DNA from: an uncultured Actinomycetota bacterium
GTDB taxonomy: Bacteria; Actinomycetota; Actinomycetes; JAHEKZ01
Reading direction: 5' to 3'
NCBI GenBank assembly: GCA_963743915.1
Contig: CAVURN010000005.1
Span: 64,001-128,000 of the forward strand
DNA length: 64,000 bases
Position numbers and translations under genes: made by a program. Positions 29,232 to 41,840 of the stretch are shown piece by piece (position 1 is the first letter of the stretch; each line of letters starts with the position of its first letter). Under the pieces are notes generated by a model. The model was not told the origin of the DNA, did no database searches, and saw only the letters and a list, made by a program, of their open reading frames with translations.

Positions 29232-29660
29232 TCAGGCGGGTGCATCGTTCAACGTCGGAACGATGCTCACATCTTCCTCTGTGACCACGCCGTCCACGAT
29301 TCGAAACGACCGGATCTCCTCGGTGTCCGGGTCACGCGTGGAGACCAGCAGGTAGTGGGCGCCGGGCTCGGACGCGTACGAGACGTCGGTCCGCGAGGGA
29401 TAGGCCTCCGTCGCGGTGTGCGAGTGGTAGATGACCACGGGCTCCTCGTCGCGGGCGTCCATCTCGCGGTACAGCCGCAGCAGGTCCATCGAGTCGAACT
29501 CGTAGAAGGTCGGTGACCGCGCCGCGTTCACCATGGGCACGAAGCGCTCGGGACGGTCGCTGCCCGCAGGGCCGGCGACCACGCCGCACGCCTCGTCCGG
29601 GTGGTCCCGACGCGCGTGGGCGACGATGGCGTCGACGACGTCCTGGGCGATCTCGAGCAC
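29232..29660 (-). CDS. mec: JAMM/M67 peptidase
   Basis: PDEACG, IYHSHTATEAYPSRTD. Confidence 0.93.
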   Translation of the reverse strand: MLEIAQDVVDAIVAHARRDHPDEACGVVAGPAGSDRPERFVPMVNAARSPTFYEFDSMDLLRLYREMDARDEEPVVIYHSHTATEAYPSRTDVSYASEPGAHYLLVSTRDPDTEEIRSFRIVDGVVTEEDVSIVPTLNDAPA

Positions 29661-29669
29661 GGGACCAGG

Positions 29670-30221
29670 CTAGGGGGCTGCCACCGTCTCCCCGCCGCCG
29701 CCCCGGTCGTCGGCGAGGACCTCGACGAGCTCGTACTGCAGGGCGGTGAGCAGGTCGTAGGTGCTGTAGGCGACCAGGTCGTCGGTCTGCTCCGCCGGTC
29801 CCTCTTCCGTGATCGCGAGGCGGGTTCCCAGCATCAGTCGCAGGTCGTTGAGTGCTCCGAGCACCGCGCGGCTCGTGGTGGCGTCGAGCAGGACGTCGTC
29901 CGCCTCGAGCAGCCCGGCGAGCGTGGCGGCGTCCTGCCGCTTGCGGGTCAGCAGGGTGTCCTGGCTGAACCTGCGGAACTCCGCGGACGCCGTGGGGTCG
30001 TCGAGCACGGCGTCCGGCAGCAGCCGCGCCAGGGCCGGGTCGGAGGGCCGTTCCGGTGGTTCGTCGAGGGTGGCCGCCAGGGCGTCGAGCGGGTGGTCCG
30101 GCACCTCGGGCTCGGGACCGAGCAGCTCCTGCAGGTCGGTCAGGTAGAGACGCAGCCGCCACGCCCAGGGGTGCAGGGTGGCGTGGACGCCGTCGGCATC
30201 GGCCTCGAAGGCGAGGGTCAT
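29670..30221 (-). CDS. DUF2017 family protein
   Basis: [26 protein letters not shown]; position between clpS and mec. Confidence 0.85.
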   Translation of the reverse strand: MTLAFEADADGVHATLHPWAWRLRLYLTDLQELLGPEPEVPDHPLDALAATLDEPPERPSDPALARLLPDAVLDDPTASAEFRRFSQDTLLTRKRQDAATLAGLLEADDVLLDATTSRAVLGALNDLRLMLGTRLAITEEGPAEQTDDLVAYSTYDLLTALQYELVEVLADDRGGGGETVAAP

Positions 30222-30517
30222 CGGTCCTGCTGCAGGGTCGCCCAGAGCCCGTAGCCGTGCAGCGCCGCCACGTCGCGTTCCATCTCCTCGCGCGAGCCGC
30301 TGGAGACGGCTGACCTGCCCTCGTGGTGCACCTGGAGCATGAGCTCCTCGGCCTTGGCGCGGTCGTAGCCGAAGTACTCCTGGAAGACGAAGGTGACGTA
30401 GCTCATGAGGTTCACCGGGTCGTTCCAGACGATCGTGACCCAGGGGGTGTCCGGCAGGACGTCGCGCTCGGTGCTGGGACGATCGAGCTCGACAGGGGCG
30501 GTGGTCACGCCGTCCAT
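30218..30517 (-). CDS. clpS: Clp protease adaptor
   Basis: [30 protein letters not shown]. Confidence 0.95.
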   Translation of the reverse strand: MDGVTTAPVELDRPSTERDVLPDTPWVTIVWNDPVNLMSYVTFVFQEYFGYDRAKAEELMLQVHHEGRSAVSSGSREEMERDVAALHGYGLWATLQQDR

Positions 30518-30562
30518 GGTGCCACCGACCTGCGACGATGGTGGGGAGACATCGGAGGCCTG

Positions 30563-32284
30563 ATGCAGATACCCCCGCGCACGCCCGGACTCCCGGAGCC
30601 CGCGCTCCTGGCCCGCATCCGCGAAGCGGTCATCGGCGACGACACCGTCATGCCCGGTCCCTACGGCCCGCGCCGCGTCACGTACGCCGACTACACCGCC
30701 AGCGGACGCGCTCTCGCCTTCGTCGAGGACTTCATCCGCGACCAGGTCCTCCCGCGTTACGCCAACACGCACACCGAGTCGAGCGGCACCGGACGCCAGA
30801 CCACCCGGCTCCGGGAGGACGCGCGCCAGATCATCCGGTCCGCGATCGACGGTGACGAGGACACGTGCGTGATCTTCTGCGGATCCGGTGCGACGGGGGC
30901 GATCGACCGGCTCATCGCCATCCTCGGCCTGCGCCTGCCGTCGGCGCTCGCCGACGCGTACCACCTGGACGCGCACATCCCCGCCGACCAGCGCCCGGTG
31001 GTGTTCACCGGCCCGTTCGAACACCACTCCAACGAGCTTCCCTGGCGCGAGTCGATCGCCGAGGTGGTGCGGATCCCTGAGGACGCCGACGGCCACATCG
31101 ACCAGACGGTGCTCGCCGAGCAGCTCGAGGCCCACGCTCATCGGCCGCTGCGGATCGGTGCCTTCTCAGCAGCGAGCAACGTGACAGGGATCGTCAGCGA
31201 CACCTACGGCATCTCCGCCCTCCTGCACCGCCATGGGGCACTCGCCATCTGGGACTTCGCTGCCGCCGGCCCGTACGTCGACATCGACATGGTCGCCCCT
31301 CCGGGCCAGGATCAGCTCGCCTACAAGGACGCCATCGTGCTGTCCCCGCACAAGTTCGTCGGCGGGCCGGGCACGCCGGGCGTCCTGGCGGTGCGGCGGC
31401 AGCTGCTCACCAACCGCGTGCCCGCCGTCGTCGGCGGCGGCACGGTTGCCTACGTCAACCCCGAGGACCACGTGTACCTCGCCGACCCGGTCCACCGCGA
31501 GGAAGCAGGGACCCCGGCGATCGTCGAGTCGATCCGCGCCGGTCTCGTGTTCCAGCTGAAGGAGGCCGTGGGCGCCGACGTCATCCACGCCCACGAGAGC
31601 GACTACGTGCGTCGCGCCATCAGCGCCTGGTCCTCGGTGCCCGAGATCGAGGTGCTCGGCAACCTCGACGCCGAACGCCTCTCCATCCTGTCCTTCGTCA
31701 TCCGCCGCCCTGGCGGTCGCTACCTGCACCACAACATGGTCGTCGCGCTGCTGAACGACCTCTTCGGGGTCCAGGCACGAGGGGGATGCTCCTGTGCGGG
31801 CCCCTACGGCCACCGGCTTCTCGGCATCGACATCGAGCGCTCCCACGAGTACGAGCGCGCCATCACCGCCGGCTGTGAGGGCATCAAGCCGGGGTGGGTG
31901 CGTGTCAACTTCAACTACTTCATCGGCGAGGAGGTCTTCGAGTACGTGGTGCGCGCGATCGCCTTCGTGGCGCAGCACGGGCATGACTTCCTCGGCGACT
32001 ACCTGTTCGACCCCGACACCGGTCTGTGGCGGCACCGGGCGGCGTCGGTCGACGTCCCCCTCCGGTTGACCGACCTCGGCTATGACGCCGCCGGTGTGCT
32101 CACGCAACCCGCCGCCCCTGAGCGCGCCGATGCCGCCGTGCTGGAGGAGTACCTGGCCGAGGCGGAGCGGCTCCGAGCGTTGCGGGCGTCCGCCGAGCCC
32201 AGCGGTGACGCACACGTCACCGACGACTTCGACGCGCTGCGGTGGTTCGAGCTGCCGGTCGTCTCGCTGCCCAGCCGGGACTAG
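30563..32284 (+). CDS. class V PLP-dependent enzyme (cysteine desulfurase-like)
   Basis: [45 protein letters not shown]. Confidence 0.88.
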   Translation: MQIPPRTPGLPEPALLARIREAVIGDDTVMPGPYGPRRVTYADYTASGRALAFVEDFIRDQVLPRYANTHTESSGTGRQTTRLREDARQIIRSAIDGDEDTCVIFCGSGATGAIDRLIAILGLRLPSALADAYHLDAHIPADQRPVVFTGPFEHHSNELPWRESIAEVVRIPEDADGHIDQTVLAEQLEAHAHRPLRIGAFSAASNVTGIVSDTYGISALLHRHGALAIWDFAAAGPYVDIDMVAPPGQDQLAYKDAIVLSPHKFVGGPGTPGVLAVRRQLLTNRVPAVVGGGTVAYVNPEDHVYLADPVHREEAGTPAIVESIRAGLVFQLKEAVGADVIHAHESDYVRRAISAWSSVPEIEVLGNLDAERLSILSFVIRRPGGRYLHHNMVVALLNDLFGVQARGGCSCAGPYGHRLLGIDIERSHEYERAITAGCEGIKPGWVRVNFNYFIGEEVFEYVVRAIAFVAQHGHDFLGDYLFDPDTGLWRHRAASVDVPLRLTDLGYDAAGVLTQPAAPERADAAVLEEYLAEAERLRALRASAEPSGDAHVTDDFDALRWFELPVVSLPSRD

Positions 32285-33425
32285 CGCAGCGTCAGCTGCC
32301 GGCCGTACCGGGTGAGGCGGGACCAGGACCCGGCACCCTCGTTGCCGAGCGCCCAGATCGCGATCCCCCGCAGACGGTGACGCTGGACCAGCCCCACCTT
32401 GGCCTGCAGCGAGCGCGCGTCGTCGTACCAGACGACCCGCTTCGCCCGACAGGTGCGGTCACCGGCGGAGTACTTCTGGGTGTACGTGAAGTACCGGCTC
32501 GTCGCGTCCTTGCGCCAGATCGGCTTCTTGCCGATCGAAGCGGCGAAGTCCTCCATCTCGGCAGACGTCCGCGAGAGGGTGGTCTTCGCCGACGCCGGGC
32601 ACTGCCCGGAGAGCGTCCCCCCGAACCAGTCCCGCCCGTAGGCCGGCATGCCGATCGAGATCTTGCGCGGGTTGATCCGTCGGCTGGCGAAGGACGCCAC
32701 GTCGTTGACCCACGACTTCGGCGCGATCGGCCCAGGAGGGCCACCCGTCCCAGTGGAAGTCGTAGGTCATGATGCGGATCCGGTCAGCCGCCTTGCCGAG
32801 TCGGCTGTAGTTGTACACCCACCAGTTGGGGTCGCCGGCCGACGTGCGCGAAGCCACCGTCACCGTCAGCCGACGGCCCTGCTTCTGCAGCTTGCGCTCG
32901 AGCTGGCCGACGAAGACCGGGTAGTACTTGCGCGCGGTCGCCTGGTCCGCGTCGGAGCCGAAGTTGATCGACTCGTAGTCGAGGTCGAGCCCGGCGACGT
33001 CCCACCGGGCGGCGAGCTGGGCCAGTGCCTGGACGTGGGCGGACCGACGGGTCGGGTTCGACACGATGTCGGCGAACTCTCCGGCCGACAGTCCCGTCGA
33101 GACGGTGGGCACCACCGGCACACCGGCCTGGCGGAGGGAGGCTCGCATGTGACGCCACTCGTCCAGGTCGTCGGTCAGGACGATCCGCGACGCCGAGTCC
33201 GCGCGGAACACGAACGGAGACGCCTCTTGGAAGACCGGCGCATTCCTGACGACGGTGCGCGTCGACGCCGCTGCTGTTCCAGTACGGGAGCCAGCCGGTC
33301 ACGTACGGCTCGGGATCACGCTGACCTGCGGACGCCGGGGGCGCCACCGTGGCGAGGACACCGACCGCGGCCATGACGGCGAGCCCGGTCGAGAGCAGAG
33401 GGCGGGTCCGGCGTGAGAGGCTCAT
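32281..33425 (-). CDS. secreted glycoside hydrolase family 18 (frameshifts ~33255, ~32745)
   Basis: signal peptide; TGWLPYW, GLDLDYE, IMTYDFH, GMPAYG, WYDDA, IAIWALG. Confidence 0.8.
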
Positions 33426-33488
33426 CGCCCCAACGTCGGCGGAACGATCTTGGCTCTTGAGAGCCCACCCGCGCGGTTGTCGGCGCAC

Positions 33489-34664
33489 CTAGCGGTGCCT
33501 CCCGGACCAGCTCCAGGGATAGTCCGGGTCGTCGGCCTCGAGGGCGGCGGGACCGAGCTCCAGCGGACGGAAGGTGTCCACCATCACCGCCGTCTCGTCG
33601 GTGGCCTCGACGCCGAGACTCGCCTCCACGGCACCGGGCTGCGGACCGTGGGTGCAGCCGCTCGGGTGGAGCGTCAGCGACCCCTGCCCGATCCCCGACC
33701 CACGTCGGCTCGTGAACTCCCCGCCGACGTAGAACAGCACCTCGTCGGAGTCGACGTTGGCGTGGTTGTACGGCGTCGGGATCGCCAACGGGTGGTAGTC
33801 GAGCTTGCGGGGCACGAAGGAGCAGACCACGAAGTTGGGACCGGCGAAGGTCTGGTGCACGGTGGGCGGCTGGTGCACCCGACCGGTGATCGGTTCGAAG
33901 TCGTCGATGTTGAACGCGTACGGGTACAGGGCACCGTCCCAGCCCACGACGTCGAACGGATGGTGCGCGTACACGAATCGCGAGAGCCCGCCCCGCGTGC
34001 GCACCACGACCTCCACCTCCTCGCCCTCGACCGTCAGCGGCTCGGTCGGTGCCCGCAGGTCGCGTTCGCAGAAGGGCGAGTGCTCGAGGAACTGCCCGCG
34101 TTTCGACAGGTAACGGGCCGGCGGCCCGACGTGCCCGGTCGCCTCGACGACGAGCAGACGAAGCGGCTCGCCAGGAGCGGGGAGCACCCGGTAGGTGGTG
34201 GACGTGGGCAGCACCACGTAGTCGCCACGACCCACGGTCAGCGCACCGAAGACGGTCTCGACCGTCGCCTCGCCGGCCTCGACGTAGAGCAGCTCGTCGC
34301 CGATCCCGTTGCGGTAGAGCGGGGACGCCTCGCGCGCCACGCAGTAGGACAGCCGCACGTCGCCGTTGCCGAAGAGGAGCCGCCGTCCGCCGACGGCGTC
34401 GTCGGCCGGACCGACCTCGACCTTGTGCGCGCGGATGTGCCGCGGCGTCAGGGGGTGGTTCGGTCGCAGGTCCTGGGGCGTCGGCTCCTGCCAAGCCTCG
34501 ATCGACACCACGGCCGTCGGCAGGTGGCCGTGGTACAGCAGGGCCGACTCGCTGGAGAAGCCCTCCTGCCCCATCAGCTCTTCTGCGTACAGGCCGCCGT
34601 CGGGCCGGCGGAACTGGGTGTGACGCTTGCGGGGAACCTCACCCACGACGCGGTAGTGCGGCAC
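33489..34664 (-). CDS. hmgA: homogentisate 1,2-dioxygenase
   Basis: PRKRHTQF, PFDVVGWDG, HQPPTVHQTF, PYNHANVDSDE, HGPQPG. Confidence 0.92.
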   Translation of the reverse strand: MPHYRVVGEVPRKRHTQFRRPDGGLYAEELMGQEGFSSESALLYHGHLPTAVVSIEAWQEPTPQDLRPNHPLTPRHIRAHKVEVGPADDAVGGRRLLFGNGDVRLSYCVAREASPLYRNGIGDELLYVEAGEATVETVFGALTVGRGDYVVLPTSTTYRVLPAPGEPLRLLVVEATGHVGPPARYLSKRGQFLEHSPFCERDLRAPTEPLTVEGEEVEVVVRTRGGLSRFVYAHHPFDVVGWDGALYPYAFNIDDFEPITGRVHQPPTVHQTFAGPNFVVCSFVPRKLDYHPLAIPTPYNHANVDSDEVLFYVGGEFTSRRGSGIGQGSLTLHPSGCTHGPQPGAVEASLGVEATDETAVMVDTFRPLELGPAALEADDPDYPWSWSGRHR

Positions 34665-34736
34665 CTTGCTCCTCCCTCGAGCCCTCCGGACGACGCCCCT
34701 TGGGGCCCTTCTCGACCTTCCGCTACCGTCGCAAGG

Positions 34737-35556
34737 GTGTCAAGACTGGCTGGGCTGACCGCGGCGCTCATCGACGATGCCGCCGTCTTCCCTCCGGGGG
34801 ACGCTCCGCTCGCCGACGCCGTCGCGGCCGCCTACGGCCGGGCTGACGGCCCCACCGAGCAGCTGGTCGGCCCCCTCCTGGTGCCGGCGTCCGCCACCGC
34901 CCGTCTGCGTGAGCTGGCTGACCCGCAGCGGATCTTGCGGGTCGCCCTGATCGGCGACACCGGCCTCGAGGGGCTCGAGGCGGCCCGGGACGCGCTCCAG
35001 GACGACCCGTGGATCGAGCTCGCCCATGTGGAGCTGGCCGTCCCGCGCGACCCTGATCCCGCACGCGCCACGGCGCACCTGCTCGAGCGGCTCTCGTTCA
35101 CCGTGCCGGCCTACCTCGAGCTGCCCGTCGACCAGGACCCACGACCAGCGCTCGCGGTCCTCGCCGCGGACGGCGTCGAACGCGCCAAGTTCCGCTGCGG
35201 ACCGGACGTGATCCCCGCGACCGCCAGACCTGGCCCGGGCGCTCTCCGCCGCTGTGGCCGCGAACGTGCCCTTCAAGCTCACCGGTGGCCTGCACCATGC
35301 GCTCCCCACCGTCGAAGGTGGTGTCCGGCACCACGGTTTCCTCAACGCCCTGGCCGCCACGGCCCTCGCCCTCGCCGGGGCGGACGGGGACCACCTGGTC
35401 GCGGTGCTGGACAGCTCCGACGTCACGACGGTGCTCGCCGCCCTCGACACCGCCGACGTCGGACGCGTGCGCCGTCAGTTCCGCTCCTTCGGCTCGTGCA
35501 GCATCGCCGAGCCGTTCGACGACCTGGTCCGACTGGGCCTACAGGAGGAGTCGTGA
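34737..35556 (+). CDS. hypothetical protein coupled to fahA (frameshift ~35222)
   Basis: LIDDAAVFPPG, AKFRCG, PFKLTGGLHHA, HHGFLN, FRSFGSCSIAEP; GTGA overlap with fahA. Confidence 0.75.
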
Positions 35557-36776
35557 AGCCGTCGTGGATCCCCGGAGCCGACGGCTCCGAGTTCTCGTCC
35601 GCCACCCTTCCCCTGGGGCTGGCCCGTCTGCCGCACGACGGCGAACCCCGGCTGGTCACCCGAGTCGGGGACCAGGTGCTCGACCTGCACGCGCTGGCGG
35701 AAGGCGGGGCACTGCCCCCGGAGCTGTCGGCCCGGGTGCTGAACCCTCTGCTGGCCGCAGGGCGCGCCACGTGGGTCGCGACCCGCACGAGCCTGGTCGA
35801 CCTCGTCACCGATCCCTCCCACCAGGCGCTGGTGACGCCCCACCTGGTGCCGCTCCGGGACGCAGAGCTGCTGCTCCCCTTCGACGTCGCGGACTACGTC
35901 GACTTCTACTCCTCCGAGCAGCACGCGCGGAACGTCAGCGCCATCTTCCGCCCCGAGTCACCGGACCTGCCCGAGAACTGGAAGCACGTGCCGATCGGCT
36001 ACCACGGGCGCGCAGGGACGGTGGTCGTCAGCGGCACACCGGTGCGACGCCCACGGGGACAGCAGCGGCCGCGCGGGGCCGCTGAGCCCTCGTTCGGTCC
36101 GAGCCGAAGGTTGGACATCGAAGCCGAGGTCGGCTTCGTCGTCGGGACGCCGACCTCGATCGGGAGCAGTGTCCGGCCGTCCGACTTCTCCGACCACGTG
36201 TTCGGGGTCGTCCTCGTCAACGACTGGTCGGCACGCGACATCCAGGCGTGGGAGTACGTGCCACTGGGACCGTTCCTGGGCAAGTCGTTCGCCACCTCGG
36301 TCTCCCCGTGGGTGGTCCCGCTCGATGCGCTGGACGCCGCCCGACGTCCGCTCGGTGAGCAGGACCCTGCCGTCTTCGACTACCTCAGCGACCCTGAACC
36401 GTGGTGCCTCGACCTGCGTCTGACCGTGCGGCTCAACGGCACCGTCGTCTCCGAGCCGCCCTTCGCGACGCAGTACTGGTCGCCCGGTCAGCAGCTGGCC
36501 CACCTCACCGTCAACGGCGCATCCCTTCGGACGGGCGACCTGTACGCGTCCGGCACCGTCACCGGTCCGGACCGCCGCCAGCGTGGCTCCTTCCTCGAGC
36601 TGAGCTGGGGTGGATCGGAGCCGTTCGCGCTCGACGACGGCTCGACGCGCACCTTCCTCGAGGACGGCGACACGGTGTCGATCAGTGCGTGGGCACCGGG
36701 CCCCGATGGCACCCGGATCGGCTTCGGCGAGGTGGTTGGAACCGTCACGCCTGCTCTGACCGCGGACGAGGGGTGA
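35553..36776 (+). CDS. fahA: fumarylacetoacetase
   Basis: DYVDFYSSEQHA, PIGYHGRAG, LDIEAE, NDWSARDIQAWEYVPLGPF, GDLYASGT. Confidence 0.95.
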   Translation: MKPSWIPGADGSEFSSATLPLGLARLPHDGEPRLVTRVGDQVLDLHALAEGGALPPELSARVLNPLLAAGRATWVATRTSLVDLVTDPSHQALVTPHLVPLRDAELLLPFDVADYVDFYSSEQHARNVSAIFRPESPDLPENWKHVPIGYHGRAGTVVVSGTPVRRPRGQQRPRGAAEPSFGPSRRLDIEAEVGFVVGTPTSIGSSVRPSDFSDHVFGVVLVNDWSARDIQAWEYVPLGPFLGKSFATSVSPWVVPLDALDAARRPLGEQDPAVFDYLSDPEPWCLDLRLTVRLNGTVVSEPPFATQYWSPGQQLAHLTVNGASLRTGDLYASGTVTGPDRRQRGSFLELSWGGSEPFALDDGSTRTFLEDGDTVSISAWAPGPDGTRIGFGEVVGTVTPALTADEG

Positions 36777-36780
36777 CGGG

Positions 36781-37243
36781 ATGCCGACCGTCACTGCGAC
36801 CCGCACCATCGAGGCGCCCGATCTCCCGCGTCTGGGCGGTGTTCACCGATCTCGAGTCCAGTCCGGAGCACCTGAGCGCCGTCGAGGACGTCGAGCTGCT
36901 GACCGACGGACCGTTCGCCGTCGGTACCACCTGGCGTGAGACGCGGAAGATGTTCGGTCGCACGGCCACCGAGGAGATGCAGGTCACGGCTCTGGAGCAG
37001 CAGGTTTCCTACGACGTCGGAGCCGTGAGCCAGGGCACGACCTACGTCTCACGCTTCGACTTCCGCGAGATCGACCCGAACACGACCGAGGTGCGCTTCA
37101 CGTTCACCGGGGAGACGCAAGGAGGCGTGCGGAAGGCCATCAGTGCCGTCATGTGGCCGCTCTTCCGGGGCAAGGTCGCCAAGGAGCTCCGGCGCGACCT
37201 CGACGATCTCGCCGAGGTCTGTGAGAAGCACAGCAGAGCATGA
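36781..37243 (+). CDS. SRPBCC family protein (indel ~36819)
   Basis: VWAVFTDLE, GTTWRETRKMFG, C-terminal helix DLDDLA. Confidence 0.8.
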
Positions 37244-37289
37244 GGTGTGCGTGGCCGAGACCTCACCCAGGGGGACACTCGGCGAGCCG

Positions 37290-38711
37290 TCAGCGGGGGT
37301 CTGCGGGCTTGTCGCCGTCGACGAGCCATTGCCGGAACAACCGGTCGAGCTGTTGGTCCGAGATCCGCTCAGCGAGCCGCTTGAAGTCGCCCGTCCCGGC
37401 GTTGCCCCCCTCGTGGATCCGCGGCCACGCGCGCATGATCCGCCAGAACGGGCGGTCCCCGACGGTCAGGCGCAGGGCGTGGAGCGCCATCGCGCCCCGG
37501 TAGTAGATCGGCGAGTCGAACATGCTCGGGTACCCGGGGTCGGCGACGGTCAGCTTCCAGAAGTCACTGCTCGCCGGACGGGAGAAGGCTTGATCGAACT
37601 GAGCGGCCACCGAGCGGCTTGCGTCGTGCGCGGACCACATCCACTGGGCGTAGGTGGCGAAACCCTCATTGAGCCAGATGTGACGCCACCGCGTGACGGC
37701 CACACTGTCTCCGAACCACTGGTGCGCGAGCTCGTGCGCCACGGTGGACTCGAGGCCGGACCACTCAGCGGTCGCCTTGTCGTAGGTGGGACGGGTCTGG
37801 TTCTCGAGTGCGTAGTAGCTGTCGTGGGTGTCTGCGATCCCACCGGCAGCCTCGAACGGGTACTGACCGAAGCGACGGGTGAAGAAGTCGACCATCTCCC
37901 CGCCCCGGGCCAAGCTCCGGTCGACCCGCTTCGGGAGTCCACGGTCGACGAAGTTCAGGACGGGCACCCCGTGGGCGGACCTCGAGCGGTCGAACCGCCA
38001 CTTGCCGATCGCGAGCGTCGCAAGGTAGGACGCCATCGGGTCCCGGGCACACCACGACCACGTCGTCCAGCCCGCACCGGTGCTCGGCGGTGCAGCCGGA
38101 AGCCCGTTGGCCACCGCGCGCAGGCCCTTGGGCACCGTGGCGTCGACGCAGATGCGCGCCTTGTCGCTCGGGTGCTCGTTCACCGGGAACCAGAACATTC
38201 CCGCTTCGGGCTCGCCCACCACGATCGCGCCGTCGTTGGTCAGGAACCAGCCGGACGCCCCGAGGTCAGGGTCCAGGTAGAGGTCCGGTGTGCCCCCGTA
38301 CTCGACCACCGTCGTGAAGGTCGTTCCGTCCACGATCCCTGACGCCGGTTGCACGGTGAGCTCGTGCTTGCCGGACGCCGTGGTCGTGGCCGCGGCACCG
38401 TCGACGGTGGCGCTGGAGGCAGCCAGCCCGTAGAGGTCGAAGTTGAACCTCGACAGGTTCTGCGTCGCCTTGGCCTTGATGGTCGCGGTCCCGTCGAGCT
38501 GGTGGGTGTCGGGGTCGTACCGGACCTCGAGGTCGTAGCGCAGCACCTGGTAGCCGCCGTTGCCCTCGGTGGGAACGTACGGGTCGCCTATGCCCTTGGC
38601 GCCGGCGGTGAAGGCCACGCCCGCCGAGGCCGCGCCCAGCCCGAGCAGCGGAGCGGCGACGGCGAGCCCCAGTGCGAGGGCAAGGGGTCGGTGAGCAGCT
38701 CCGATCCTCAC
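37290..38711 (-). CDS. secreted M1 family metallopeptidase
   Basis: GDPY...GNGGY, WFPVNEHPSDK, ALENQT, HELAHQWFGD, WLNEGFA, YYRG. Confidence 0.92.
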   Translation of the reverse strand: MRIGAAHRPLALALGLAVAAPLLGLGAASAGVAFTAGAKGIGDPYVPTEGNGGYQVLRYDLEVRYDPDTHQLDGTATIKAKATQNLSRFNFDLYGLAASSATVDGAAATTTASGKHELTVQPASGIVDGTTFTTVVEYGGTPDLYLDPDLGASGWFLTNDGAIVVGEPEAGMFWFPVNEHPSDKARICVDATVPKGLRAVANGLPAAPPSTGAGWTTWSWCARDPMASYLATLAIGKWRFDRSRSAHGVPVLNFVDRGLPKRVDRSLARGGEMVDFFTRRFGQYPFEAAGGIADTHDSYYALENQTRPTYDKATAEWSGLESTVAHELAHQWFGDSVAVTRWRHIWLNEGFATYAQWMWSAHDASRSVAAQFDQAFSRPASSDFWKLTVADPGYPSMFDSPIYYRGAMALHALRLTVGDRPFWRIMRAWPRIHEGGNAGTGDFKRLAERISDQQLDRLFRQWLVDGDKPADPR

Positions 38712-38783
38712 GAAGGAACCCTTTCGTCGTGGTCAGCCGACCCTAGCCCCTCGTCGGCGTCCCTCGGTCACACGTGACCTGCC

Positions 38784-39416
38784 TCAGCTCCCGGCGTCGA
38801 GCAGGAGGGCGGGGAGTGACGCGCCGAACCAGGCGACGACGTCGTCGTGGCTCCAGCCACGGTCGTGGGTCAGGAGGTGATAGGTGGTGTCCCCGAAGAC
38901 CACCAGCAGCACATCTGTCGCACTCTCGACCGTCAAGCCGGCTCGGACTCTTCCCTTGGTGGAAAGCACCTCGATCACCTCGCGGAAGCCCTCAGCACGC
39001 ATCCGCTCGTGGAACTCGTAGGTGCGCCGCACCTCGTCGTCGGTCAACGAAGCAGCCCGGAGAATCTCCGACAGCGCACTGGCGCGCTGGAACAGCACCG
39101 CTGCGCCGCGCACGAAGTGGCGCAGCGCGCGGCCCGCGTCGTCCTCAGCCACCATCGCCTGCCACCACTCGGTGTCCTGCGGGATGACCGGGTCCTCCTC
39201 GCCCATCACGAGCTGGTCGATGACCGCACTGATCAGCGCCGCCTTCGTGTGGAACACGTAGTAGACCGTCTGGGTCGCCACGCCTGCCCGCGCGGCGATC
39301 GAGGCGACCGTGGCCCCGTGATAGCCCTTCTCGATGAACTCGTCGTGAGCGGCGCGAAGAATCGCGCGACGGGTCGCGGCCGCCTTCTCTCGGCGTGACC
39401 CCTTGACCTGCGACAT
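38784..39416 (-). CDS. TetR/AcrR regulator
   Basis: GYHGATVASIAARAGVATQTVYYVFHTK. Confidence 0.92.
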   Translation of the reverse strand: MSQVKGSRREKAAATRRAILRAAHDEFIEKGYHGATVASIAARAGVATQTVYYVFHTKAALISAVIDQLVMGEEDPVIPQDTEWWQAMVAEDDAGRALRHFVRGAAVLFQRASALSEILRAASLTDDEVRRTYEFHERMRAEGFREVIEVLSTKGRVRAGLTVESATDVLLVVFGDTTYHLLTHDRGWSHDDVVAWFGASLPALLLDAGS

Positions 39417-39441
39417 CACCGGCCACACTATAGGCGCAATG

Positions 39442-39460
39442 ACTAGAGCATGACTCTAGT
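39442..39460. promoter_or_regulatory. probable TetR operator
   Basis: ACTAGAG-CATGA-CTCTAGT dyad between divergent tetR and membrane gene. Confidence 0.7.
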
Positions 39461-39474
39461 GAAGGAGTCTAATC

Positions 39475-40119
39475 ATGTTCGTGTCCTCTCCCACCACCAC
39501 CACCACGCGCACGAACCTGCGCACACCAGGGCTGCTGTGCCTCGCCGCCGGTTTGCTCGGCGCGGCGTCGGGACTCTTCCTGGCGTACGTCGAACCCCAG
39601 GTGCCCGACAGCAGGTTCAGCTATCCCCTCGACACTGCCGGCTTCGTCGCGATCCAGATCTGGTTCGTCCTCCAGCACCTGGGGCTGCTCGCAGGCCAGT
39701 GGGCCCTGCGTCAGAGCGGAGTGTCCGGCAGGAGCAGGGCGGCCGCCGCCGGCCACCTGATCGGGATGGGAGGCATGGCCCTGCTCACGCTCACCGAGCT
39801 GCTCGCGATCTCGGCGTCCGAGTCGCCCTACCCCAGCTCTCGCACCGATGTCCTCGACGCCCTCTACGGCGTCTCCTGCATCGCCCTCGGTGTCGGCCTG
39901 ACGATGGTCGGAGCCATGGTCGTACGGGAACGCCGCTGGAGCGGATGGCGGCGCTGGCTGCCGCTGACCTTGGGCGTCTGGGTGTTCGTTCCCATGACCC
40001 CGGCCATGCTCGCCGGCTTCCTGCCGGCGCGACTGGCGATCAGCGCCTGGATGCTTCTGTTCGCAGCGCTCGGGTGGGCCCTGATCCGCCATGGGGACGT
40101 GGGCGAGGCAAACCGCTGA
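39475..40119 (+). CDS. membrane protein (~6 TM)
   Basis: RBS AAGGAG; hydrophobic segments; FSYP motif. Confidence 0.7.
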   Translation: MFVSSPTTTTTRTNLRTPGLLCLAAGLLGAASGLFLAYVEPQVPDSRFSYPLDTAGFVAIQIWFVLQHLGLLAGQWALRQSGVSGRSRAAAAGHLIGMGGMALLTLTELLAISASESPYPSSRTDVLDALYGVSCIALGVGLTMVGAMVVRERRWSGWRRWLPLTLGVWVFVPMTPAMLAGFLPARLAISAWMLLFAALGWALIRHGDVGEANR

Positions 40120-40128
40120 CCGACGTCC

Positions 40129-41828
<1,700 letters not shown>

Positions 41829-41840
41829 CGAACCCCCCGC

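Noticed and set aside
33450-36776. 1108-aa giant ORF ending in FahA
   Set aside because: Antisense shadow of hmgA joined to the frameshifted hypothetical and to fahA, which has its own RBS (AGGAGG) and GTG
37254-37283. GCCGAG...CTCGGC hairpin as a repeat element
   Set aside because: Short stem between convergent genes; at most an ordinary terminator
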